DNA from: Ylistrum balloti
Lineage: Eukaryota
Direction: 5' to 3'
DNA length: 64,000 nucleotides
Assembly (NCBI RefSeq): GCF_031769215.1
Contig: NW_026783057.1
Coordinates: 1 to 64,000 of the forward strand
Shown here: in pieces, positions 1 through 14,100 of the stretch
Layout: the number at the start of each line of letters is the position of its first letter
Numbering within the stretch: position 1 is the first letter of the stretch
Made by a program: the position numbers and the translations under genes
The notes under the pieces: model-generated
The model's input: only the letters and a program-made list of their open reading frames with translations
Databases searched by the model: none
Told to the model about the DNA's origin: nothing

Positions 1-399
1 GCTACCGGCCGATTCGACCCTAGACTTCGCCGAGTCAGGGTCGGGTTGCTCCCCCCCTATACCAGGACGCGCCTGGACAGGGGGAGCCACCCCCTGCTCG
101 AGGGCGGAGCTCAGTGTGAGAACACCCCCAGCAGTGACCTCACCCCTCGGCTCAGGGCCGGGGGTAGAAAACCTGGATGGCTTACCTCTCTTACCGGAAG
201 ATGAGGACGAATCCCTCTTCCGGCGAGAAGTTCGCCGACTGGGTAGGGGAACCTTTACAGCGGACCCGGCGTGCAAACAAAGTTCGCACGGCGAGGCCTC
301 GCTGCAAGGCCGGCATAAGGGACAGGCATCATGGGGGTCCTGCTCTCCGTAGAAGTGAGAACACCCATGTGCTGAACCACGACGCATCCCTGAATCCAT
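1..399 (-). CDS. N-terminal part of ORF1 (gag-like) of a DIRS1-type tyrosine-recombinase retrotransposon; runs off the window start
   Basis: ATG at 399, open for 133 codons to position 1 (missed by the ORF track because no stop lies in the window): MDSGMRRGSAHGCSHFYGEQDPHDACPLCRPCSEASPCELCLHAG... followed by a basic, Ser/Pro-rich tract. The Cys-rich DxHxxCxxC...CxxC N-terminus resembles animal DIRS1 ORF1. Much more GC-rich than the flanks. Confidence 0.6.
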   Translation of the reverse strand, partial: MDSGMRRGSAHGCSHFYGEQDPHDACPLCRPCSEASPCELCLHAGSAVKVPLPSRRTSRRKRDSSSSSGKRGKPSRFSTPGPEPRGEVTAGGVLTLSSALEQGVAPPVQARPGIGGEQPDPDSAKSRVESAGS

Positions 400-1010
400 A
401 ATTGTTACGAAATAAATAATCAAATAACAACAGTTATTAATACAAATAAACATAACAAAAATAAATGGAGTGAAAAAACACAACTCCAACAAACAAATAT
501 GAACGAAAGCAAAAGCTAACGAAACGTAAAAAAGCAAAGCAAAATATACGGTCGAATAAATAATACGACCGATAAAAAGCGAAAAAACTTCACGAAATAA
601 CCGAACAGCGCAAAACACGTAGATACGCGCTCGGTGCGTGGAGTATAGCAAAATGGCCGAACAAAGGCCGAATAAAGGCCGGCCGATAAAGGCCTAAAAG
701 CAGGATATATTAACTAAATAAACGTCTGCAAAAGACTGTTATAGTTAAGGATGGGTTTAAAGCAATAAACCGATATATAAATACTCGGTTATAAGCTAGA
801 CTTAAGCTAAAAGGAAAAGGAAGGCACTCAGCAGAATATAGCACGTCCGCCCACTCCGGTAGCCATAAAGATAAGAGGAAGGGAAATAACTCTATGTTCA
901 TGACGTGAAGGCTCATGGTCGTAGGGAGGGCGGGATTTTTGAATCTTTTGTTTTTGGGATACAAAGATGGGTGTAGGTACCATATTTGCATACTAAAGTT
1001 ATGGTAATTA
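1..1010 (-). mobile_element. 5' portion (terminal region, leader, ORF1 start) of a DIRS-like retrotransposon
   Basis: ORF1 above is preceded on the minus strand by a T-rich, CpG-containing leader (400-800) and a terminal region (800-1010) unlike host intron DNA. The right boundary is approximate. Confidence 0.5.
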
Positions 1011-2000
1011 TTACTGAAATGAAAATATATATTTGATATAAGGAAACAGTTTTATTAGATGTTAGAAAAACAAAACTGACATTTTTAATGACATGCTTTA
1101 ATAAGACAATGAAACAGGTACGTCAGGCCAGGATCACCAAAATGACTTTACAAGTTGGTTACCATAGTCATTGTTTACACTTTATGTTAATATAAATACT
1201 ACTACAATTGTGTAGTGATTAACACTGCACCACTAAGTGGAGAAGAGTTTTATGTTGGAGACAACATTACTCTAGCGGTACAGATGGTAGACAGGAACAA
1301 TTTGGCTGACACGGACAACACATGGTAAACAGTAAGAATATATCTGACTTAGACAACACATTGTAAACAGGGAAGAATTCATTAAAAGTGTCATTCACCT
1401 CTGTCTATGTGCTAATAATGAATAGAGTCATCAACATGACAATATGTCCCCCCCCCCCCGCCCCCCCAACCAGGTCCACTTAGGTGCATAAAGTGACCAT
1501 CATACAGTTATACAATCTAAAAAAGAAGGTTAATCAGCTACATAAGAATTATATTGTAAAATTTCAGTTTTTTTATTCAAAACAGTTTGTATAAAATACC
1601 ATTCAACCTATGTAATATGTCCAAGACAACCTTTAATATTACCAGCATTCATCACATGATGTACATACTCCAAACATAATACGTGATACATTTCCCTGTA
1701 TATCATTATAAGTGAATACATACAAAAACAGAAATAAATCACTTGAAATAACAATGATTAAAAAATATTGTTAAACATGTGGTAATTAATGCAGGTTGAG
1801 GGTTGTAATTGTTACCATAACAGGGCTATTTAGTCAAGCAACATGTTTTTCTATTCAGCTGGAAATGAAAATATGTGTGCAGACTAACAAATCTGTACAT
1901 AATAGTTTTCTCCTACGTAGCCAATATCCAGTGTGGTCAGTTTAAAATCTGGGGAAGCCTAAGCGAAAAATAATGATAATACAAATATAGTGCAAAACGC

Positions 2001-2016
2001 TGCGCCCTCTGGCGGG
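2001..2016 (-). promoter_or_regulatory. CTCF-like motif inside the Kolobok-like element
   Basis: Minus strand CCCGCCAGAGGGCGCA matches the CTCF core CC(A/G)C(C/T)AG(A/G)GGGCGC. Motif match only. Confidence 0.3.
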
Positions 2017-2255
2017 AAGAAGACTGTTTGTAAACAATTGCACGCTATATGGAGGCATCAAGTGATGAAACGGTGAGTCTGATTCCATGTTTACTCCTTT
2101 CGTAAGGAAATCATGAAAGAAATTGCATGGTAAACCTTTGTGGACCATATAAAAGTTACTAAAATCCACGGTGAATTCTTATTTGATGGTTTAAATCTGC
2201 TAAACACCGTCTGACATATAATAAATATCACCTGCGATGATGACTTATCACTTAC

Positions 2256-2446
2256 CAACAGTTTAGGAGGGTCTTCACAACTTCTTCATTACTTTGGAAA
2301 AAGTTTTCTTTCTTGAACTTGTCCCAACTCTCGTACTGCTCTCCTATTGTTATTCGAGGGTGAGCTTTCTGCCACTGGCCTTTTCTACGTTTTGTGTTTG
2401 ATCATGTGACCCGTTTGCCACAAACATGCTTCGGCTGGGAAGCCAT
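2256..2446 (-). pseudogene. Decayed first coding exon of a transposon-borne gene
   Basis: aaaaATGG start at 2446: MASQPKHVCGKRVT*SNTKRRKGQWQKAHPRITIGEQYESWDKFKKENFFQSNEEVVKTLLNC(W), ending at a strong phase-2 donor tg|GTAAGT. One in-frame TGA. Similar peptide at 18275-18462. Confidence 0.5.
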
Positions 2447-3399
2447 TTTTTGTTAAGTTTTTTCAGATGCGTTTGCGCATGCTCACAGGTCAAAGTGTGC
2501 ATTGGCGGCTTGCTCATTTGCATTTTATTGTGTCTGTACAGACGATTAGGATTTCCCATATGATTAATAAAAAAACCGATGGAAAACATGCGCTTGTATC
2601 AATATGTCGGTGAGGATAGTTCATAAGGATTATAGATCTACATTTTTACAGATGAATTTGTAACTAGAAAAAAAAATAAACTTGACTAAATAGCCCCTTT
2701 AAGTTAAACATAATGATGAAATTACTTTTTTTTCTAAATCTGAATAATTTTGGAATGTAAATGGGCCTTAAAAAAGAAACAGCCTTTATCTGTTTATAGG
2801 GTGTAAGTAAATACATAAGCGTTCATATCCTTGTTTGTATACAATCTTAAATGCAATACATGTAAAATACTTAAGTATCAAGGAAATTACTTGAAAATAA
2901 AAAAAATATAAATGTTTATTGAAAGACTTATACATATCAAAATATTTTAAGAAAACACATTAAAACATGAAAAACATCCTCATATAATAAAGAAATCCAA
3001 CTAATTATTAGATAAGTTAACTAGATAGGGTCATTGACATTACACTATGCAAAGGTCACCATTATGTGTCCTTATTTCATTATTTTTTTGTGAGATAATT
3101 ACATTCATGTCATTGGATGTTGTAGTGAAAGTAATTTGCCAGTAAAATGTACAAGTGGATAACCTATCAGTGAGGTCATTCTAATGTGGTGACCTTTGTT
3201 TCAACAATTCATTCTGTACAAGTTTATCAGACTAAAAGGACCTCTGTGTGAGGTCAAATTACAACAAAATAGTCACATTCTTATTATCTTTATGTGAGGT
3301 CACATTACAAAGACTTGTGTGAGGTAGACTACAGTGGACTTCAGGTGAAGTCACTTACAATGGCCTTTGTGTGAGGTCGACATAATTGGTGACCTTTGT

Positions 3400-3985
3400 G
3401 TCAGATTGCATCAATGTGACCTTTCTGTGTTGTCACATTATGATGTTCTATCTGTCAGAACATATTATGATGACCTGTCTGTCATGACACATTTTGGTGG
3501 CCTTTTGATCTGGACACAATATGATGACCTCATGATCAGGACACAATATGGTGACCTATCTGTCTGGACACATTATGATGACTTATCTGTAAGGACACAA
3601 TATGATGACTTTTTGGTCAGGACAAAATATGATGACCTATCTGTCTGGACACATTATGATGACTTATCTGTAAGGACACAATATGATGACCTTTTGGTCA
3701 GGACACAATATGGTGACCTATCTGTCTGGACACATTATGATGACCTATCTGTCAGGACACAATATGATGACCTATCTGTCAGGACACATTGTGATGACCT
3801 ATCTGTCAGGACACATTATGGTGACCTTTCTGTCAGGACACAATATGATGACCTTTTGATCAGGACACAATACGATGACCAATCTGTCAGGATACATTTT
3901 GGTGACCTATCTGTCAGGATACATTATGGTGACCTATCTGTCAGAACACATTATGGTGACTTATCGGTCAGGATTCATTAATGTG
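3400..3985. repeat. 27-bp minisatellite, about 21 copies
   Basis: Unit GACACAATATGATGACCTATCTGTCAG. The 9-aa periodicity DDLSVRTQY in ORF 3367..3981 reflects it. Confidence 0.9.
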
Positions 3986-4374
3986 ACCTTTATGTATAGT
4001 TTTGCACTTCTATCCTGTAGAGTCTAAATCATGGCTAATGCAGATGTTCCTCACTACAAGTGGAGCTCAGCAGTAACATCATTTACCATAAACATACAGG
4101 AGTAATTTCTTTATAAAGAGTGAATTACAAGATAAATAATGTAAATGTTGCTTTTTTAAAAATAAAATCAATCATATAGATCATATAGAATGCCCATTAC
4201 ATTGTATATTTCTCTGTTTCTAAATATGGGTTTCATAAAATGAGTATTAAGTAGATATGTACCTGTATTCTACAATGAAGCCAGTTTTTAATACTTAATA
4301 TTATCACAATACTTAAATATAGGGTAGTCACAGCACTGTCTACCATCTGTGACTCAGGTTGTAAATGAAACCCA

Positions 4375-5030
4375 GGTAACTCATAATACCTACAAACAAA
4401 ACAAGGGTAACTCATCACACCTGTACATGAAACAGAGGTAACTCATCACACCTGTACATGAAACAGAGGTAACACATCACACCTGTACATGGAACAGAGG
4501 TAACTCATCACACCTGTACATGAAACAGAGGTAACTTATCATACCTGTCAATGAAACAGAGGTAACTCATCACACCTGTACATGAAACAGAGGTAAATCA
4601 TCACACTTATTCATATAACACGGGTAACTCATCACACCTGTACATGAAACAGAGGTTACTTATCACACCTGTACATGAAACACAGGTAACTCATTACACC
4701 TGTCCATGAAACACAGGTAGCTCATCACACCTGTACATGAAACAGAGGTTACTTATCACACCTGTACATGAAACACAGGTAACTCATTACACCTGTCCAT
4801 GAAACACAGGTAGCTCATCACACCTGTACATGAAACAGAGGTTACTTATCACACCTGTACATGAAACACAGGTAACTCATTACACCTGTCCATGAAACAC
4901 AGGTAGCTCATCACACCTTTACATGAAGCATAGGTAACTCACCATACCTATAGATAAAATACAGGTGACTCATGATACCTGTATAATGAAACATAGGTGA
5001 CTCATCACTCCTGTAAATGTAACTCATCAT
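4375..5030. repeat. 31-bp minisatellite, about 20 copies, just downstream of the sideroflexin stop
   Basis: Unit GTAACTCATCACACCTGTACATGAAACAGAG, with a repeated 3-unit variant block at about 4620-4920. Confidence 0.9.
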
Positions 5031-5165
5031 ACAAAAAAAACCAATATCAATGATCCGTTAATGATCATGTCACAATTTAGCACATTTTGAATGAAAATCA
5101 TATGAAGAATCATGATTTGTTTTGGCAGGTTCATGAGTGAATATCACCAGATCTATTTGACAGCA

Positions 5166-8100
5166 TTAGAGTCCTTTGTTAAAGAAAACTCTTTGTGGGA
5201 GTTCACCATTGAGGTCCATTTTCATTTTCTCATATGCAGCTGGTTCAACTGTCTTCAGACGTTCAGTTGTTACTGAACTACAACAGAAATTAATAACATC
5301 ATATAAAATGGTCACTGCCAAAAAGACGATAACATACAACTTATGTAAACATGTAAATGGCTGTGAAAGTAAAGAAAAATGTTCTGTTTTTTCTCCATAC
5401 TACAGCATTTCATATATGTGTATAGATAAAGTCATTAAATGTGTTATGTATACAAACTTGTTGATCAACATTTGAAATGTAGCATTTATGATTCTATCAG
5501 GGCGTGTCTGTAAGCAAAGTAAAATCAGCAGATCCATTCTTATTTCATACCCTTTTCCCATGGCTAAAAGCACTGTGAAGCTAAAGAGCAGACAACCCTT
5601 GTTATCTCCCATTCACCATTCCAATGCTATAATGAATAACTGACACAAGAAAGCAGCATTTTAGTACAATATCTACTCACCATCTTTGGTTAAACAGTGC
5701 ACAACCTATAGGAACACAGCCAACAAAACTGTAAAACAGAAGGATTCAATAAAATAATTTTAATAAAATAACCACACGAATATATTAAACCGAAAGTACT
5801 GGCCAGACAGCATTAGTCATCTGACCGACTCAATCTTAGTGAAAAGGGCATGAAAATTACAGGAATAAACTGTGGGTAGACAAACACAATAGACAACAAA
5901 GACAAACACAATAGACAACAAAGTGAGATTTGGATAGGGAGAAGACCCAACAAACAAAATCTTACTCAAAGTCAGAAGGGTAGGCATATTAAGGTTAATA
6001 AGCTTGTAATTCTATTGAATAGCAGTAGACAAGGGTGGGCTTATTACAAGAAAAGGACTTATAAGTGGACAAACACAGTAATAAGCTAATTTTTCAATAC
6101 AATGTACTTTTAAGATACATGTTTTACAGATTCTGTAGAGTAATTTTCAGATTAAAATTCAATACCAAAATAACTGTAAAAATAACACTGTATATACATA
6201 CAGACAGTTGAAAAACAACAGTTGTACATAAAAATATATACATAGTTAAGAAACAGTGCATGTGTGGAGACTTACAAAATTCCTGAGAAAAAGACTTGGA
6301 GTGGTGCATTGACAAAGCGGCCATATTTTTTTATCCAGGCGTATTTTTCTAACCGCATCATGACAGGAGGTATCAAAGCTGAAATAAAGAGTAAATATCC
6401 ATATCATCATGTCACAGTAGAACCATAATCTAAATGCTGAAAGTATTACAGACCTCATAGAAATCAATGAGAGATCAACTCCAATTAGCAACTATCCCCT
6501 GATACAGATACTTATATCAAGATTGATATGACCATATGCTGGTGTTGTTGTATTAGGAGATTCAACCTCTGGTCCCTTATTTAGCCTGGTGTATTGGAAG
6601 ATTTGACCTCTGACCTCTTGATGACCCTTGTGGCTTTAGACATTTGACCTCTGACCTTACTGAGGCTCATGTGCAATAAACTTCAATAACAATATAAAGT
6701 GATATTAATTCAAGAAGATGCTGTCATCATTATCCCTGCCTGGCAGATAATTTAAGATAAGACATACTTCATTCCTGTAAGAATCTTTCAACTTATGTTA
6801 TAAAACAATGACGTAAACACATTGAGTTCACAACAATAATGATGTCAGATTAATTCATTCAATTAAAGTTTACTTGAAATGAAGGATTCAAAACCTATTA
6901 ATCCATACTGACACTGTTAACATACTCTCAAGAATGGGCCACTTACTTCTTAAAACAGGGGTTTATACCATGAATATTAGTTTCATAACATCTAAGGCCA
7001 ACCTTACTAGTTATCTTTATAATTCCTGCCCCTTGATATATTATATATATATATAAGATGACAAACAAGACATTACCTACTGATAATACTTACTCATACA
7101 GGGAGTTACAATAAATAATCTGGATATAAACACCTGAAGGATCCCTTTCATAGCAGCATACTATAAAGATACAATGGTATCAAAGTCAATTATGATAAAA
7201 AAAACAGTCAGGTATCAGAGTGGAGACCAGTCTCTTCAGTTATTCACATTCTGTGGTGAGATCAATTGTGCTTTTTTTTCTTCACTGCTGTCATCAATAC
7301 TACAATAACATATACAGTATCATGGCTTCATCACAGTGTCATCCAGTGAATCATTCACCAGTGTAATATTTTTGTGTATATGTCACTAATATACCTTGAA
7401 ACATATTTCATTAGCTGCATTAGTCAGAAATAAAATATGATGTCATATTTAGGACAACAATGTTACATCATAAATTGAGAATGGCAGAACGAAATGGCTG
7501 CTAGCATTTGATTTTTTGCATGCCACGGCTTGCTAAGATAAAATCTTCTAAGACTTTTACAGAATCCCATAAATGAAAATAACAGATATGTGAAATTACT
7601 TTTTTAAGATAGCAACCCTGCATTTAATACACAGCCATTTGAAATGACTATATGCGATAAAAAGAAGAAATTAGTAGATACTTGAACTACTTTCAGGCCA
7701 CATTTGTAATCTAATTCTGCCATACAGATGTATTTCATTTTCTTTCAGTGATCTTTAAATCCAGTTAGCATTACTTGAATAAGAGAAAAATGAATGAGTA
7801 AGTAATATGTCAAATCAAACAGTACATTTTGCCTCTAAACAATCTCTAAATAGTCTCAGATTGTGAACAGCATTACCTGACTAGTGTAAACAGCTTGACC
7901 CCTAGCTAATAGACTAGGACCTTAGCTATTGTACGACCTTGACCTAAGCCAATGAGTAAAACCTGAACTAGTGTGTTATAGACTTGGACTTGGACCCTCA
8001 TAAATGTATAGACCTGGACCTTACCATGTACATAGACCTGAATGCTGTTGATGTATAAACCTGGACCTTAGCAGGTGTGTAGACCTTGAGTCTAGCTAAT

Positions 8101-11100
8101 GTACAGGCCTGGATCCCCATTAGTGTATAGACTTGGACCTTAGCTACCGTTTGGACTTAGACTCTCATTAAGTGTACAGACTTGGACCTTAGCATGTACA
8201 TTGACCTGAATCTCGTTGATGTATTAACCTGGACCTTAGCAGGTGTGCAGACCTTGTAATCTTGGTATGTGTACAAACCTTGTAACCTTGGTAAGTGTAC
8301 AGACCTGGACCTTAGCAGGTGTGCAGACCTTGTAACCTTGGTAAGTGTACAGACCTGGACCTTAGCAGGTGTACAGACCTGGACCTTAGTAAGTGAGCAG
8401 ACCTGGAACCTAGTTAGTGTATAAACTTGAACCCTTGTCAGTGTATAGAGCAGATCTTTATCTAGCTTTGACTTGGACCCTTGTTAGTGTACAGGACTGA
8501 ACTTTAATGTGTAGGTCTGGATCCTAGCTTGTGTACAGATCTGTATAGACCAGGACCATAGCTAATGTATTAACCTGGACATCAGCTACTCTTTAGGTCT
8601 GGACCTTAGTTGATGTATAGACTGGTACTGTAACTAGTGTTTAGGCCTGAACCAAGCTAGTGTATAGGTCTGGACCTTAGCTAATGTATAGATCTGAAAA
8701 CAAATTAGTGTATAGGCCTGGAACCTATCTAATGTATAGGTTTGGACCTTAGATAATGTCTAGATCTAGTGAAGAGACCTGGACCCTATCTAGCTTATGT
8801 ATAGATTTAGGGAACAGACCTGGACTCTAGCTAGTATATAGTGTCTTACCTTGGATTTCCCCACTTCCTTATTGTTTTCGTCATAAACTGTAACTCCATC
8901 TATAATCTCACTGTAAATAAAGAAGTAGATAAAGTGATAGTACAAACCAATTCATTATTTTACAATAAAGACTTTTGTAACATGTGTCTTTAGCATACTT
9001 TCTATATAGTATATATACATGTACATCTATGACACACTGCCAAGTGATGGTATATATGTGTATGTCTGTGACACACTGCTTAATGACAGTACATACATGT
9101 ATGTCTGAGACACACTGCTTAGTGATAGTACATACATGTATGTCTGTGATAACTACCTAATGATAGTACATACATGTATGTCTGTGATAACTACCTAATG
9201 ATAGTACATAAATGTATGTTTGTGATAACTACCTAATGATAGTACATACATGTATGTCTGTGACATACTACCTAATGATAGTACATACATGTATGTCTGT
9301 GATAACTACCTAATGATAGTACATACCTGTATGTCTGTGATAACTACCTAATGATAGTACATACAGGTATGTCTGTGATAACTACCTAATGATAGTACAT
9401 ACATGTATGTCTGTGACATACTACCTAATGATAGTACATACATGTATGTCTGTGATAACTACCTAATGATAGTACATACAGGTATGTCTGTGATAACTAC
9501 CTAATGATAGTACATACAGGTATGTCTGTGATAACTACCTAATGATAGTACATACATGTATGTCTGTGACATACTACCTAATGATAGTACATACATGTAT
9601 GTCTGTGATAACTACCTAATGATAGTACATACAGGTATGTCTGTGATAACTACCTAATGATAGTACATACATGTATGTCTGTGATAACTACCTAATGATA
9701 GTACATACATGTATGTCTGTGATGGCACATACAGGTAGGTCTCTGACACACTACCTAGTGATGACACATACAGGTACGACTCTGACACACTACCTAGTGA
9801 TGGCACATACAGGTACGACTCTGACACACTACCTAGTGATGGTTCATTCATATATGACTGACACACTACCTAGTGATGGCACATACAGGTACGACTCTGA
9901 CACACTACCTAGTGATGGCACATACAGGTACGACTCTGACACACTACCTAGTGATGGTTCATACATATATGACTGACACACTACCTAGTGATGGCACATA
10001 GAGGTACGACTCTGACACACTACCTAGTGATGGCACATACAGGTACGACTCTGACACACTACCTAGTGATGGTTCATACATATATGACTGACACACTACC
10101 TAGTGATGGCACATACAGGTACGACTCTGACACACTACCTAGTGATGGCACATACAGGTACGACTCTGACACACTACCTAGTGATGGCACATACAGGTAC
10201 GACTCTGACACACTACCTAGTGATGGTTCATACATATATGACTGACACACTACCTAGTGAGGGCACATACAGGTAGGACTCTGACACACTACCTAGTGAT
10301 GGCACATACAGGTACGACTCTGACACACTACCTAGTGATGGTTCATACATATATGACTGACACACTACCTAGTGATGGCACATACAGGTACGACTCTGAC
10401 ACACTACCTAGTGATGGCACATACAGGTACGACTCTGACACACTACCTAGTGATGGTTCATACATATATGACTGACACACTACCTAGTGATGGTTCATAC
10501 ATATATGACTGACACACTACCTAGCGATGGCACATACAGGTAGGACTCTGACACACTACCTAGTGATGGCACATAAATATGTATCTGTAACACTACCTCA
10601 TGATGGATCATATATTTACAATGTATGTCTATGCTGTTTAAAATTATATTTTCATTCATTAATTCAAAATGGTCTGATTTAAGTTGGCTTACTTTATGGT
10701 CTTGATATTATTAGAAGATCTGTAGACTGTATATGACATATCACCATAAGGTCCATTCTCTACACATTGAAAATCTTACTTTTGTCTCATTAGTGGAATG
10801 TTCACAGCATTAGCAGCAGCCACAGCAGCGAAGGGAACAAACCTCTGTAGCAGGGCAGAAGCATTCTAAATAAAACAGATTCCATATGATGAAGATTAAT
10901 AAGTATGATTTGAAATGAAATAAAAAAAATAAATACACAAATATGTGTAATTAAATAAATCAATTAATAAATATCACCAAAAATACTTAAATAGGCAATT
11001 CCAAATAACTAATTACAATTAATATAACTGAATCAGATTCTGGGTAAATATCAGGTTTAATTTTTTAAAAAGAATTAATAACTTTTTTTTCGAATAATTG

Positions 11101-14100
11101 TGAAATAAGCTATAAAAAGAAGGCATCATCAATATTTCCAGCTCTCTCCTCTTGGTACTACACTACATTACCATAGACACAGTTCCCAGATTTCTGCAGA
11201 ACATTTATAAAACCCTATTTCCATCATTCATACCAGTACTGTTGATGCAAAACATATATTACCCAAGATATGAACCATATAATTCTTAATCAGATTTAGA
11301 TCTAAGTCACTGAAGCATGAAATATGAGTCAAATTTAGCCTCTGCAGCCTGCATTCTATAGAGTGACACTTATAGTATATTCAAGCAAGTGATCCTTTCA
11401 GTATTGTGAAGTCAACAACAAATATGAAAAATTATAACAATTACTTAATTCCCCATGAAACTGTCCACATACTTGTACCTGTAGCTACCAGCTGAATGAT
11501 CCTTTAATTAGGTGTTACTCACTTTTGCAAGGAAAGCTTTCAGTCCTAGGGCGGTCACTAATGCACTTGTAGTAGCAGTCACATATGCAAACATGATTTT
11601 TCTACAACAGAAATTCCAATGTGCAAGACTATTGTAATATTTCCAGAAAATGTGATATATACAGTTATTGTTATCATCAACAAATTAAAAAAAAATAAAA
11701 ATTCAGAGTCAGGATTTAAGGGAAATACATTTACTTCCATAGGAATCTTTGAAAAAAGTAATGTTTAATAACCTGGTATACAAAATTTCCATATCCATTC
11801 CTTTTCATATGTAGTGCACATTTACATCAGATTTATAATAAAAGCAGGATGGTTTATATTGGTACCTAGCATGTATGAATTTCCTTTACGGAGGTTATAT
11901 AATCTTTTTGGCACTTCTCCTTATTGAGATCTATCTGCCTATGAAGTTCCGTGTTGATATTTCTTATAGTTTTACTGTAATGCTCCAGACAAAATTTAAG
12001 TATGAAAAATAACAAAGTTCAATAACTCCTAAATCATGCAAAAGAGAGTGATGGATCTGGTGCACTGCACATCTCCTTGTTGAGATTTATCTTCCTATGA
12101 AGTTTTATATTGATGTTTGTGCTATGCTCCAGACAAAATTATGACTGACAGACAAACAGATGCACGTACAAAGTGGCAGCTACATGCTCTCCCTTCAGGC
12201 AACATAGAAAAACCCATGAAACACAAGTATGAAACCAATTTTAAATACACATATACACTTGCCAACCTTCCTAATTTGAAAGGGATACTCCCAATTTTGG
12301 ACCCTTAATTTAGCTATTATTAACAAGAGATTTTTTTTAATAGTTGTAATATTCTAATGATTCCAAAAGAAGCCATTTATAAGCCTTAATTCTTTACTGG
12401 AGGGTACATGTACACATTTTATTTATGTTTTTAATTTGAGCATGTAAAATCTCCTCGTAAATTTTTTTTTAAAGTTGTATTGTATTTAGAATACAATTTA
12501 CATATATGTAACTACACACAGACAAAAAACCCCATTTTCCTGCTATGATTTAAACCTCTAATGAACTACCTTCAACCTCAGTTATTTAATAACATAAATT
12601 TACCTACTTGGTATCACTGGAACAGCCAGGTGCATTAGTATAGTTAACAATAGCATTAAATGACTGATTGGTCCATTGCCAGAATACAACTGCTGCCGGA
12701 CTCCTATAATGAAAAAAAAAACATTTTGCTATTCATTCATTGAATTTTTAAGGTCCATGACCAGTATACATACATTGACATTACTACGTATATAGTTAGA
12801 AGCTGTGGCAAATTCCTGTTCTTGATTTCTGCTTTACATGTATATCTAGGAACACAATGAAATATTTATATACATGTATAAATTAAGCGTTTGTAACCAG
12901 GATTAAATTATTCAAAACCATAGAAAAGTTTCCTAACAAAGATAATTCAAATTTGACAAGAAAATCTAAATTCCACAAACCAAAGGTTGTGACAGTAACA
13001 AGAGGCCCTTAGTGCCTGTATCATTCATCTTGTGTTTTTTGCTGAAATTGATTAATTTAAGCTATAGGAAAAGTATTTAAAATACTGGCATCTATTTTCT
13101 CTATTAGGACTCCCCCCTCCTCCACAAGGAGGTTAGATGTACTGTTTGCACAAAACAAAGTCTTTACCCAAGGATGCTTCTGATCAAATTTGGATGAAAT
13201 TAAATCATTCCAAAAGAAAAAGAATTTTTCAAATTTTTTTCTGTTTCCATTACTTGGCCTGCCCATCCCACCTCAGGGTACCAAAATCCAAATTCATAAA
13301 AAATTGTTCCTCTTTTCTCAAGCATAATGATGACGATGTCTGAGTGAGTCTGAATGAAAGTGTACATGTGTCATCCTTAATGTTTATTATTTAAAACGGT
13401 GTGAAATCTTCCAAAAAACAAAAACAAATGAAAAAAAAAACAGGAACAATATCTAGGAATTCCTACAAAAGAGGAAGGATGTTAATGTGTTTGCTGATTT
13501 TCCCTTATTGGGCCCTGCCCCACTTGACCCAGTTGGCTGAAACCTGAACCACAAAATTGATTCATCTTCACCTAAGGAGGAGGTGGAATTTCAAAAATTT
13601 GTTCTATTTACTCTTTTGGGCCCTGCTCCTCTAGCGCCAAAGGACCAAGACCCACCATTTATAAAGAACTGATTCCCTTTCACAACAGAATGCTTCAGAC
13701 GGAATATGGAAAAAATCGAAATATTCCCTTAGAAGGAGTAGGATTTTAAAGAATAAGCTCTATTCTTCTCCTTCCCAAAGAGTGAAACAAAGTGTTTATT
13801 CAAAATTGATTTCCCTTCTCCCAAGAATGCTTTCTGACCATTTTAGAAATAAAAAACAATCATTCCTTGGGGAGGAGTAGTATTGCAAAACTTTATGTTC
13901 TGGGCCCTATCCCTCAGGTTCTGGGAGCCCTGAACCCACTGTAAAAAAATTGGTTTTCCCCTATCCCTGAGGATGCTTCAGACCAGATTTGGTTAAAATC
14001 TGCTCATAGCAATTTGCAGGAAAGGTTGACAAATGCCAGACAACACCGGACACTGCAGTATCCTTGTCCCTTCTGACTAGCTGAACTAAAAACTGATAAT

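Larger units (their letters stand above)
1821..2698 (-). mobile_element. Non-autonomous TIR DNA transposon, Kolobok-like (TTAA target), 878 bp
   Basis: TIRs: CAGGGCTATTTAGTCAAG at 1821-1838 and CTTGACTAAATAGCCCCT at 2681-2698 (16-bp perfect core). Right flank TTAA (2699-2702), left flank ATAA (1817-1820, one mismatch). A TTAA TSD with a purine-purine terminus fits Kolobok; piggyBac would start CC. Confidence 0.65.

Noticed and set aside
2256-2446. In-frame TGA here and at 18287-18289 as selenocysteine or readthrough
   Set aside because: The two TGAs are at non-equivalent positions, both lie in decayed transposons, and I saw no SECIS-like element. Ordinary nonsense mutations are more likely.
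3367-3981. 204-aa repetitive ORF, and similar ORFs at 9654-10475, 15311-15930 and 28883-29702
   Set aside because: Peptide periodicity equals the minisatellite period. These are open frames by chance of stop-free units, lie in introns or flanks, and show no start or splice context.
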